Positions 10,001 to 20,934 are shown, numbered from the stretch's first letter. The stretch: 64,000 nt of DNA from Anaeramoeba ignava BMAN (GCA_028826165.1 JAPDFW010000055.1:186001-250000), one strand, 5' to 3'. Notes: generated from the letters alone by a model not told the origin. Numbers and translations: made by a program.

Positions 10001-11423
10001 TTCTAAGAAATATTGTTTTGTTGTTGCACTTCCAAAATCACAAAGTTTAAATATGGAATCATTTCCTATTAAAACATTTTCGATCTATTTTTTAAATTTT
10101 AATTTTAATTTTAATTTATTTTAATTTTAATTTTAATTTTAATTTTAATTTTAATTTTAATTTTAATTTTAATTTTAATTTTAATTTTAATTTTAATTTT
10201 AAATTTTTTAATTTTATTTTTAATTTTAATTTTAATTTTAATTTTAATTTTAATTTTAATTTTACTTTTAAATCACGGTGAGCAATAGGAGGATCTTGTG
10301 TATGCATATGATGAACACCCATACAAATACTATGAAAAATTTTCAAAACTTGATCTTCAGAAAATTGAGAAGAATGTTCTAATTTCCTTTCCATCATTTT
10401 AACAAGAGTATCTTTTCAATAAAATTATAAATAAAATTATAAATTAAATTATAAATTAAATTTATAAATTAAATTATAAATTAAATTTATAAATTAAATT
10501 ATAAATTAAATTATAAATTAAATTATAAATTAAATTATAAATAAAATTATAAATTAAATTATAAATAAAAATAAAATTTAAAAATTATAAATTAAATTAT
10601 AAATAAAAAATTATATATTAAATTATAAATTAAATTATAAATTAAATTATAAATAAAAAAAATTATAAATAAAATTAAAATTATAAATAAAATATAAATA
10701 AAAATAAAATATAAATTATAAATAATAAATTAAAAATAAAAATAAACTAAAATTATAAAAATAAAATTATAAATAAATTATAAAATAAAATTATAAATTA
10801 AATTATAAATTAAATTATAAAATTAAAATTATAAATAAAATTATAAATAAAATTATAAATAAAATTATAAATAAAATTATAAATAAATTATAAATTAAAT
10901 TATAAATTAAAATTATAAATTAAAATTATAAATAAAATTATAAATAAAATTATAAATTAAATTATAAATTAAATTATAAATTAAATTATAAATAAAATTA
11001 TAAATAAAATTATAAATAAAATTATAAATAAAATTATAAATAAAATTATAAATAAAATTATAAATAAAATTATAAATTACCAGGACAATATTCCATTAAA
11101 ATAACCACATTTTTCTTATTTCCAATATGAGTTGTTTGTGAATCAAATAAACTAACAATATTTTCATGATCAGATAATTTTTTTTGGAATTTAACTTCAT
11201 TTTGAAGTTGTTCAAATTGTTCATCATTAAAAACTGCTAATTTTTTAACAGCAAATTTTTCGTAAGTATTTTGATCTATTCCTTCATAAATAAATCCAAA
11301 TCCTCCTTCAGCAACTTTTCTTTCTAATTTAATTGCTCTGTGATTAATATTTATTATTTGATCATCATAAGTTTCATTTGTTTCTTTTTGAAAACCTCCT
11401 TTAATTTTTTTATAAAGTTTCAT
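7100..11423 (-). CDS. NAK-family (Ark1/Prk1/AAK1/GAK-like) Ser/Thr kinase with Q/N-rich linker and C-terminal Sla2/HIP1-type ANTH domain; 6 exons, ~907 aa
   Basis: Exons 11423-11081, 10411-10266, 10084-8642, 8242-7986, 7698-7368, 7303-7100; all GT-AG and frame-preserving. NAK signatures AEGGFGFIY, LMEYC, PPIAHRDLK|IENVL, KLCDFGSATT, TTLTYRAPEMIDLY, KVDIWALGCVLY. ANTH-like: LKSSMLIFQILQDG...YLNLIIKKIEFHEKFPYFEGSYSL. Confidence 0.88.
7705..7980 (-). repeat. (AAAATT)n hexamer filling NAK intron 4 (7699-7985)
   Basis: Degenerate aatttt tandem array on the plus strand. Confidence 0.9.
8248..8630 (-). repeat. 8-bp microsatellite (aatatttt)n filling NAK intron 3 (8243-8641)
   Basis: Period-8 array with occasional ttaacagttt variant units. 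Confidence 0.92.
10095..10262 (-). repeat. (AAAATT)n filling NAK intron 2 (10085-10265)
   Basis: Near-perfect hexamer array; source of the spurious (LK)n ORF tail. Confidence 0.92.
10420..11075. repeat. 12-bp repeat aaattataaat(t/a) filling NAK intron 1 (10412-11080)
   Basis: Direct reading of the tandem units. Confidence 0.92.
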
Positions 11424-11657
11424 TTTATAATTTTATAATTTTATAATTTTTAATTTTTAATTTTAATTGTTAAAAAAAGAAAAAAAATGAAAAAATTTTT
11501 TTCTCCTTTTTTAAATTAAAAAAATTAAAAAAAAATAATTTAAATTTAATAAAACGTTTTTCATTTTTTTCATTTTTTTCTTTTCTTATTTTTTTTCCGT
11601 TTTTTTTCCTTTTAAAATTTTTTACTTCAAATTTACTTTTATATTTTAAATTTTAAA

Positions 11658-13239
11658 ATGGGATCTAATTCAACTAAAAAGAAATCATCTTATGTTAGCA
11701 CAACAAATTGTAAAAAAAAAAAACATTATTACAAAGCAATCCAAATTATAAAAAAAAAAGCAAATTCAAATAACACGTTTTTTTTTGCTTTTTTTTTTAA
11801 CAATAGATCATCAAAATGAAAATAAAACAGCTCAAAATGATTTTGATAATATTGCAAATGGAAAATTTCTTTCAAAATCAACTTTTGCAAACAAATATTT
11901 ATCTTTAGTTTCAAATAATAAAGAAAATTTATTTACAAATCAAATTTTAAAAGTTTTTTCAGATTCTTCTCAAATTAATAAACCTCAATTTTCAGATGGT
12001 TTTGCCAAATTTACACAAGAAAATCGAGATGAACAAATTAAATGTATTTTTTATTCAAAATTAAAATTAAAATTAAAATTCATTTTAAAATTAAAATTAA
12101 AATTAAAATTAAAATTAAAATTAAAATTTAAATTAAAATTTAAAATTATAATTAAAATTAAAATTATAATTAAAATTAAAATTAAAATTAAAAAAATTAA
12201 AATTCATTTATAAAATTAAAATCAAAATTAAAAATAAAATCAAAATTAAAAATAAAATTAAAATTAAAATTAAAATTAAAATTAAAATTAAAATTAAAAT
12301 TAAAATTAAAATTAAAATTAAAATTAAAATTAAAATTAAAATTAAAATTAAAATTAAAATTAAAATTCAAAATTTAAAATAAAAATTAAAATTAAAATTA
12401 AAATTAAAATTAAAATTAAAATTAAAATTAAAATTAAAATTAAAATTAAAATTAAAATTAAAATTAAAATTTAAAATTAAAATTTAAAATTAAAATTAAA
12501 ATTAAAATTAAAATTAAAATTAAAATTAAAATTAAAATTAAAATTAAAATTAAAATTAAAATTAAAATTAAAATTAAAATTAAAATTAAAATTAAAATTA
12601 AAATTAAAATTAAAATTAAAATTTAAAATTAAAATTAAAATTAAAATTAAAATTAAAATTAAAATTAAAATTCATTTATAAAATTAAAATTAAAATCAAA
12701 ATTAAATTAATTTATAAAATTAAAATCAAAATTATAAATATTTTATAAGTGGTTTTTTCTATTTTTGATATTGATGGTGATGGATATTTAACACAAAATG
12801 AATTTACAAGAATGATTGAATGCTTCTTTGAAGTAAATTTAGAAAAAATGGGGAAAATTGCAAATATTAATGATGAATCCAAAACATTTGTTCAAAAATT
12901 TTTCAAAGAAGTTTCTCCACTTTTGAATGATAGAATCAGTTAAATAATTAATTAAATAATTAAATTTATGATTATTTATTTTGATGTTAATTTAAAATTC
13001 TTTTAAAAATTTTCATTTTGATTATTTATTTTATTGAAATAGGTTTTAATGAATACAAACAACATTCAAAAAAGAATCAATCTTTAGCTAATAATGTTAA
13101 AAATTTAATTTAAATCAAAATTAAAAATTCAATTAAAATCAAAATTAAAAATTCAATTTAAATCAAAATTAAAAATTTAATTAAAATCAAAATTAAAAAT
13201 TTAATTTATAATTTTTAGTGGAATTTTCTGGAATGTTAA
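11658..13239 (+). CDS. N-myristoylated EF-hand protein (calcineurin B / neuronal calcium sensor-like); 5 exons
   Basis: Exons 11658-11709, 11807-12043, 12750-12938, 13043-13095, 13219-13239. Starts MGSNST (myristoylation consensus); EQIK-L-VFSIFDIDGDGYLTQNE is a canonical EF-hand; DRI-S-FNEY is a degenerate last EF-hand. The last exon is least certain. Confidence 0.78.
12055..12735 (+). repeat. (AAAATT)n filling EF-hand intron 2 (12044-12749)
   Basis: Long near-perfect hexamer array. Confidence 0.93.
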
Positions 13240-13758
13240 AAAAATTGTTCAAGCAATGTAAAGAGACTTGTTTAATTCTCCAAAAAAATTTATTCAAAAA
13301 CAAAATCATTATCAAATTCAAATTCATTTTTGAATTTTCTTTTTTTTTTCTTTTCATTCAAAATTCATTTTCGAATTTCCTTTTTTTTTCTTTTCAAATC
13401 AAAAATCAAAAATCAAAAACAAAATCAAACAAAATCAAAAATCAAAAATCAAAAATCTTTTTCTTTTAAAAATCAAATTTCAAATTTTCAAAATTCAAAA
13501 ATCAAAATTTTTAAAATCAAAAACAAAAAGAAAAATCAAAAATTAAAAGGAAACAAATTTCTTTTTAAATTTTTAATTCTTTTTCTTTAAAAAAGATTTT
13601 GAAAAGAAAAAAATTTTATTTTTATTTTTTATTTTTTTTTGTTCTAAAAACTTGAGTTGAACAATGAGAAAAAGCAAAAGCAAAAAGAAAATTTAATTTT
13701 TAATTTTAAAAGTAATTTTAATTTTAATTTTTAATTTTGAAAAGAAAAAGAATAAAAA

Positions 13759-15278
13759 TTAATTCTTTTTTGGAGTTCTAAAAACTTGAGTTGAACAATG
13801 AGCAGCGCCATACCTAAATATTATTTTGATTTTTAATTTTAATTTTAATTTTAATTTTAATTTTAATTTTAATTTTAATTTTTAATTTTAATTTTATTTT
13901 AATTTTAATTTTAATTTTAATTTTAATTTTAATTTTAATTTTAATTTTTAATTTTAATTTTAATTTTAATTTTAATTTTAATTTTAATTTTAATTTTAAT
14001 TTAAATTTTAATTTTAATTTTAATTTTTATTTTTATAAATGAATTTTAATTTTATAAATGAATTTTAATTTTATAAATGAATTTTAATTTTATAAATGAA
14101 TTTTAAATTTTTATAATTGAATTTGAATTGTACATAGCAGTAATTCCTGAATAATCCACATAATCAACAATCCCTTCAAAACCAGCTTCTCTCAAAACTT
14201 TTTCCAAATCAGGATGAACAGAAATAATTATAGCTTTACCATCAGAACCAATTCCCAAATTAAGAAAATTAAGCATATATTCTCTTTGTTGTTGATCCGA
14301 AATTGGAATAATTTGATAACCTTCTTGTTTCAAAAATTCAGAAAATTCAACTTTGCGGTTGAGTTGATAACAATTATCAATCAAAACATATTCCCAAACA
14401 ACACGACGGATTTTTGAGTCTCCCATAATGGAATCAAGTAAAACAACACGTTTTTCATCAACAATATTAAAAATAGTATCCAAATGCATTCTTTGAATAT
14501 TCTTGTCCATTTCATCGACAACAAACCCGACTCTTCTTGTGCCAAACAAATTATTATCCAGGATATATTTAGCACCCAAATGGTTTGTACGGCATCCAAC
14601 GCCGATTAAGGAAAGATCCTTACTAACTGGGAAAAAATCGCCACCTTCAACAAAACCTGGTGATTCAACATTTCCTTTGATCTCAATATTCATAATTTCA
14701 AATGCTTTCCTCATGATTTGCACTTCGCGTTTGCGCTGGTGATTTGCAAAGCTTCCCATCACAAGCCCGTGCACTGTTACTATCTGCTGATCACGAGTAA
14801 ATGTGAGATTTGTGTTTGGATGATGAACAATTTCACAACTACTTAAATCACGATTTTTTTGTTGCAACAAGACTGTTGGTTGATACAATATGATATCCAA
14901 TAATTGTTCCACAGATAAAGTTGATAAGGCTATTCTTTTATACTCGTTTGAAATGTAGAATTTGTTTTCCTCAGTCAAATCACTCACATCTCCTTCAAAT
15001 TGATATTTCAAATAATTAACTGCTATTTCTTCTAATTCTTCTCTTTTTAAATTCGCATAAACATCTTCGATTTTAATCACTTCTACTCCGTATTTCTTCA
15101 GTTTTTCTACAAATTCGTTGTGCGATTTTTTCGCTTTTTCAAATGATACTTGTTTTTCATAAAGAAATGCTTTTGGATGCAATGATCCGAAATTTGGGTC
15201 TTTTAAAGGAGCATGCATAATGATTGTGTGTGCTTGATCGAGCTCGGCAATTTGAATATAACTTTTTTTTGGTTCCAT
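13759..15278 (-). CDS. ADI: Arginine deiminase (metamonad/protist type); 2 exons
   Basis: Motifs FTRDQQI, VEGGDF, RMHLDT. Intron 14133-13814 (AT|GTAC...TTTAG|G) joins to last exon M-YGAAHCSTQVFRTPKKN*, which supplies the catalytic Cys missing from the ORF-track translation. Confidence 0.92.
13830..14110 (-). repeat. (AAAATT)n plus 21-bp units in the ADI intron
   Basis: aatttt array followed by ~4 copies of ttttataaatgaattttaa(tt). Confidence 0.88.
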
Positions 15279-15404
15279 TTTGTGTTTTGTTTTTTTTTTT
15301 TAGAAAAATGAAAAATGAAAAAAAAAATTCACAAAATTATTTTTTCCTTTTTTTTTTTCCTTTTTTTTTTTTCGAAATTTATTTCGAAATTTAATTTTTC
15401 TTTC

Positions 15405-16742
15405 CAAAATATTTATATTTCCAAATTATTTATTAAATATTTATATTTACTAAATATTTATATTTCTAAAATATTTATATTTATTAAATATTTATTTTTC
15501 TTTCCAAAATATTTATATTTATTAAATATTTATTAAATATTTATATTTCCAAAATATTTATATTTCTTTCTAAAATATTTATATTTACTGAATATTTATT
15601 TTTCTTTCCAAAATATTTATTAAATATTTATATTTCTTAAATATTTATTTTTTTTTAAATATTTTATATTTTTAAATATTTTATATTTTTAAATATTTAT
15701 TTAAATGTTTTATTTTAAAAATATTTATATTTCCAAAATATTTATATTTCCAAAAATATTTATATTTCTTTCCAAAATATTTATATTTATTAAATATTTA
15801 TATTTATTAAATATTTATATTTCTAAAATATTTATTAAATATATTTATTAAATATTTATTTTATTAAATATTTATATTTCCAAAATATTTATATTTATTA
15901 AATATTTATATTTCTAAAAAATATTTATATTTCTAAAATATTTATATTTCTTTTCCAAAATATTTATATTTATTAAATATTTATTAAATATTTATATTTA
16001 TTAAATATTTATATTTCCAAATTATTTATATTTATTAATTATTTATATTTCCAAAATATTTATATTTATTAAATATTTATATTTCCAAAATATTTATATT
16101 TCCAAAATATTTATATTTATTAATTATTTAATTATTTATATTTATTAATTATTTATATTTCCAAAATATTTATTAAATATTTATTAAATATTTATATTTC
16201 CAAAATATTTATATTTCCAAAATATTTATATTTATTTCCAAAATATTTATATTTCCAAAATATTTATATTTATTAAATATTTATATTTCCAAAATATTTA
16301 TATTTATTAAATATTTATATTTATTAAATATTTATATTTATTAAATATTTATATTTTATTTCCAAAAATATTTTATATTTTAAATATTTATATTTCCAAA
16401 ATATTTATATTTATTAAATATTTTATATTTATTAAATATTTATATTTATTAATTATTTATATTTATTAAATATTTATTAAATATTTATTAAATATTTATA
16501 TTTCCAAAATATTTATATTTATTAAATATTTATATTTATTAAATATTTATATTTATTAAATATTTATATTTATTTCCAAAATATTTATATTTCTTAAATA
16601 TTTATATTTCCAAAATATTTATATTTATTAAATATTTATATTTATTAAATATTTATATTTATTAATTATTTATATTTATTAAATATTTATATTTATTAAA
16701 TATAAATATTTAATAAATATTTATATTTCCAAAATATTTATA
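15405..16742. repeat. ~17-bp mosaic minisatellite aaatatttatattt(att/cca) between divergent ADI and ASC-1 genes
   Basis: Interleaved units aaatatttatatttatt and aaaatatttatatttcc. Confidence 0.9.
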
Positions 16743-16812
16743 TTTTTTTCATTTTTCATTTTTCATTTTTCATTTTTCATTTTTCATTTTTCATTTTTCA
16801 TTTTTCATTTTT
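16743..16812 (+). promoter_or_regulatory. Tandem array of 9 initiator-like (TTTTTCA) units immediately before ATG 16819
   Basis: CA at 16750, 16757, ... 16806 with 7-bp period; the same core lies upstream of most genes in the window. Confidence 0.65.
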
Positions 16813-16818
16813 ATAAAA

Positions 16819-18418
16819 ATGCAAAAAAAAGAACAAATTTTTAAAGACTGGGTTTTAATGGAAATTAAAAATATTGTTGGTCAAAATGCAGACCAAATCT
16901 TTCAACATGTTATGAATCTTGTTTATCTCGATGATGAAACAATTTCTGAAGAACTTTTTAATCTTATTGGATTAACAGAAAAAGCTTTACAATTTATTCA
17001 AGACTTTATTTCTCGTTCAAAAAGACTTTACAGACAACAAGAAGAAAAAAAACCAGAAAAAAATGAATCACAATCACAATCACAATCACAATCACAACCA
17101 AAAAAAAGAAATCAAAAAGGAAAAAAATCAAACCAAAAAAACAAACAAAACGAACCAAAAAAAAATAATCAGAAAAATTTATCAACTCAAAAATTTCAAA
17201 ACAAAGAATATGAAGTTTATCATAAACAAGAAAAATTACCAGCATGGATGGGAAAAAAAGAAGATACAATTGAAAAAAGCAACAAGAAAAATATTAATAA
17301 GAAAAATGAGAAGAAAAATTCAAATAAGAAAAATGAGAAGAAAAATATTAATAAGAAAAATGACAACAAAAATATTAATAAGGAAAATGACAACAAAAAT
17401 ATGAATAAGGAAAATGACAACAAAAATATGAATAAGAAAAATGACAACAAAAATATGAATAAGGAAAATGACAACAAAAATATTAATAAGAAAAAAAAAT
17501 CATCACGTGTTGTTATAGCTTCAAAAGAAATTAATGATAATCTTGAGGAATTCGATCTTAATATTGTTCTTCCTGAAAGAATTCCATGCGATTGTCAAGG
17601 AAGAAGACATCGAGTTATTAATAATTGCACAAGTTGTGGGAAAATCATTTGTGAACAAGAAGGTGAAGGTCCTTGTTTTTTTTGTGGAGCTAATGTTGTT
17701 GATCGTCTATCAAAAACACAAAATTCTAAATCAAATATCATTCGTGAAGAAATTTTACAAACTGAAAATGAACATCTTCAAAAAGCTATTGAACACAAGA
17801 ATAAATTGCTTGAATATGATAAAACTTTTGCAAGAAGAATGAGTGTTATTGATGATCAAAGTGATTTTTTTGAGATTGAAAGAAATCATTGGATTTCTCC
17901 TCAACAACGAAAAGAACTTCTTCAAAAAAGAGAAGATTTTGAAAAAAATGAACGTCAAAATCGTGATAGTGTTTTCCTTGATTTTGATATTGCTGGAAGA
18001 AGAATAAAATCAACAAATTTTTCATCTGAAGAAAAATATAGAGAAAATAAATTGAAGAATGAAATGAATGAAATTTTGAATCGAAATCAAAATGAAAATG
18101 AAAATCAAAATCAAAATCAAAATCAAAATCAAAATCAAAATCAAAATCGAAAATCAAAATCAAAATGAAAATCAAAATCAAAATCAAAATCAAAATCAAA
18201 ATGAAAATCAAAATCAAAATCAAAATCAAAATCAAAATCAAAATCAAAATCAAAATCAAAATAATGAAAGAATAATTACAAATCCTAAAATTACAATTGA
18301 TCGTCCAATATTTATTCCATTTCAATATTCTAATCTTCAAAAAAAAGAAAAGCAACAAAATGAAAAAAAAAAGAGATTTCAACGATATGATCGAGATTTT
18401 GAAGATGAAAAAAATTAA
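16819..18418 (+). CDS. TRIP4: ASC-1/TRIP4/Rqt4-like C2HC5 zinc-finger protein, no ASCH domain seen; apparent frameshift at ~18148
   Basis: CDCQGRRHRVINNCTSCGKIICEQEGEGPCFFCG, then AIEHKNKLLEYDKT...VIDDQSDFF...W...DFDIAGRR. One extra base in the (AATCAA)n tract shifts to the frame ending ...ERIITNPKITIDRPIF...FEDEKN* at 18418. Confidence 0.88.
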
Positions 18419-18419
18419 A

Positions 18420-18935
18420 ATTAAAATTAAAATCAAAATCAAATTCAAAATCAAAAATCAAAATCAAAATCAAAATCAAAAATAAAATTCAAAATTAAAA
18501 TCAAAATCAAAATTAAAATCAAAATCAAAATTAAATCAAAATCAAAATTAAATTCAAAATTAAAAATCAAAATCAAAATCAAAATTAAATTCAAAATCTA
18601 AAATCAAAATTAAAATCAAAATCAAATTCAAAATCAAAATCAAAATCAAAATTAAAAAATCAAAATCAAAATCAAAAATAAAAATCAAAATCAAATTCAA
18701 AATCAAAAATCAAAATTAAAAATCAAAATCAAAATCAAAAATCAAAATTAAAATCAAATTTAAAAAAAAATCAAAATTAAAATCAAAATCAAAATCAAAA
18801 AATCAAAATCAAAATTAAAATTTAAATCAAAAAAAAAATCAAAATTTAAATCAAAATCAAAATCAAAATCAAAATCAAAATAAAATCAAAATCAAAATAA
18901 AAATAAAATTCAAAATCAAAATAAAAATCAAAATA
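18420..18935 (+). repeat. (AAAATC/AAAATT)n degenerate hexamer in the convergent intergenic gap
   Basis: Same hexamer family as the NQ-coding tract just upstream. Confidence 0.88.
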
Positions 18936-18971
18936 AATTAGATAAAATAAATCATCTTTTTTCTTATGTTT

Positions 18972-19466
18972 TTATTTATTTTCTTTATTCTCTTCTTCTA
19001 ATTTAAAACAATATCCACATTTTTCTAAAACTTTTAAAAATTTTGAAATAGCTTGAATTAAATTTGAAATTGTAAATTCTTGATAATAATTTTGAGCAGA
19101 AACAACAAGACTTTCATTTTGAGCAAAACCAAAAGCATATAAAACAGGATGATTCATATAATAAGAAATATTTCCTGATAAATATTTAAAACCTAAACGG
19201 GGGGCAATTTTATTAAAATTTATTCTTGATTTTTGTTCCATTTTTTTTGCTTTTCGAAAAAGTGAAAAATATAATTTCCAACCGTTTTCAAAATTTTTAA
19301 ATTCTGGATATTTTTTAATTACTTTTTCTCTCCATAATTCATTTCCATTTGAAATTATTAACCATTTTTTACACACAAGATTGCATTTTAATAAATCTTT
19401 TATTGATAGATAACTAAATATTTCATAAATTTCTTCTTCTTTTAAAATTTTTGAAAAAAAATCCAT
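18972..19466 (-). CDS. F-box protein (164 aa)
   Basis: LKEEEIYEIFSYLSIKDLLKCNLVCKKWLIISNGNELW is a canonical F-box; the C-terminal part is unrecognised. Confidence 0.88.
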   Translation of the reverse strand: MDFFSKILKEEEIYEIFSYLSIKDLLKCNLVCKKWLIISNGNELWREKVIKKYPEFKNFENGWKLYFSLFRKAKKMEQKSRINFNKIAPRLGFKYLSGNISYYMNHPVLYAFGFAQNESLVVSAQNYYQEFTISNLIQAISKFLKVLEKCGYCFKLEEENKENK

Positions 19467-19787
19467 TTTTAAATTTTTGATTTTTAAATGATTTTTAAAT
19501 TTTGAATTTTTGATTTTTAATTGATTTTGATTTTTAAATTTTGATTCTTAAATTTTTGAATTTTGATTTTTGATTTTAATTTTGTTTTTTGATTTTTAAA
19601 TTTTGAATTTTAAATTTTAAATTTTTGATTTTTGATTTTTGAAATTGTGCTTTTTTTTTTTTAAAAAAGATTTCTTTAAAAAAAAATTAGAAAAATTTCT
19701 AAAATGACTTTGATTTGAAATGACTTTGACTTCATTAAAAATTATTCCACTTTTTTATTCCAAAAAAAAAATTTTTTTTTTCTCCTT

Positions 19788-20834
19788 TTATTTTAAATTA
19801 AATTCTTCAACTAAAACTTCAAAAAGATTCATTTCATTTTGGATAAATGGTTCTTTTTTTTCTGGATTTCTTTCAAACCACCAATGATAAGAAACAAAAA
19901 TCATCAAAAAATCTCTAAAATTATAAATTTGTTCTCTTTCATCAAATCCAAATGGTTTTTCAATTCCTCTTTTGGATAGTTCAAAAAAGAAAAATTTAGT
20001 TAATTCAGAATCTGGAAGAATTTCTTCAATTATCATCTCAGCTCTTAAATCTTCATCTTCAGGATAAGAACCAGCCCATTCCCAATCTAAAACACCTGTA
20101 ATTTGAAGAGTTTTTGGATCAATCAAAATATTATCAGGTCCAATATCTAAATGTGTTAAAACAAATTTTCCTTTATATTCTACTTTTGGGATAATTTTTT
20201 CAAGAAATTTCTCAATAAATGGAATATATTTACAAAATCTTTCATTATTTTGAATTGATGGAATTCTGTATTCAATTTGAGCTTTCAAGAAATCTTGGAA
20301 AGTATCAAAAGGTCCTGTTGTCAAATCAATAGGTTTACTAAGTATATAATTTCCATTTTTATCAATTTGTAATGATCCAATTTTATCAAATGTAAATTTT
20401 CTTAATTGTGCAAGAATATCAACAATTTGAAGTAGAATTATTTCCTTTTTTTCTTGATTCAAAGAATTCCAAATTGTTGCAATTCGTACTCCTTCTTTTT
20501 TTTCCATAATAATATATTCATATCCAAGAATTTCATCAGGAATTGAAGAAAAAGAATAAATTTTTGGAATTGGAATTGTTGTATTTTCAAGAACAAATTT
20601 ATGAATTGCAACTTCATTTTCTGTTTTGATTGTATCCCAAACTTTTTCTGGAGTTCTTACTCTTAAAACAAATTCATCATTTGAAGAAGTTTTAATTAAA
20701 TAAACATAATTAATAACTCCATTATTAAATCTTGACATTTCTATGCAATGATTTGATGAATCGATTATTTTTTCTTTTTTAAAGAGTTTTTCTACTTGAT
20801 CTAAAGTTATTTTAATTTGGGGTTTTAATGACAT
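19788..20834 (-). CDS. Aminoglycoside phosphotransferase (APH)/choline-kinase-like family phosphotransferase (348 aa, intronless)
   Basis: NGVINYVY, FVLRV, ENEVA, IPIPKIY, YIIMEKKEG, Brenner motif LTHLDIGPDNILID, GVLDWEWA. Confidence 0.9.
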   Translation of the reverse strand: MSLKPQIKITLDQVEKLFKKEKIIDSSNHCIEMSRFNNGVINYVYLIKTSSNDEFVLRVRTPEKVWDTIKTENEVAIHKFVLENTTIPIPKIYSFSSIPDEILGYEYIIMEKKEGVRIATIWNSLNQEKKEIILLQIVDILAQLRKFTFDKIGSLQIDKNGNYILSKPIDLTTGPFDTFQDFLKAQIEYRIPSIQNNERFCKYIPFIEKFLEKIIPKVEYKGKFVLTHLDIGPDNILIDPKTLQITGVLDWEWAGSYPEDEDLRAEMIIEEILPDSELTKFFFFELSKRGIEKPFGFDEREQIYNFRDFLMIFVSYHWWFERNPEKKEPFIQNEMNLFEVLVEEFNLK

Positions 20835-20934
20835 TTTAAAAAGAAAAATGAATTGAAAAAAAAATATTTTCTTTTTATTATTAGATAATTAAAATACGTC
20901 ATTCAAAATTCAATTTAATTCAAATTTAATCATC

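Noticed and set aside
12044-12749. U12-type (minor) introns, suggested by several GTATTT donors
   Set aside because: None has the GTATCCTT donor or TCCTTAAC branch signature; GTAT is expected from AT richness.
16689-16720. 15-bp perfect inverted repeat (atatttattaaatat-aa-atatttaataaatat) near the ASC-1 promoter
   Set aside because: It is pure A/T inside a quasi-palindromic array and is easily produced by chance or a local inversion.
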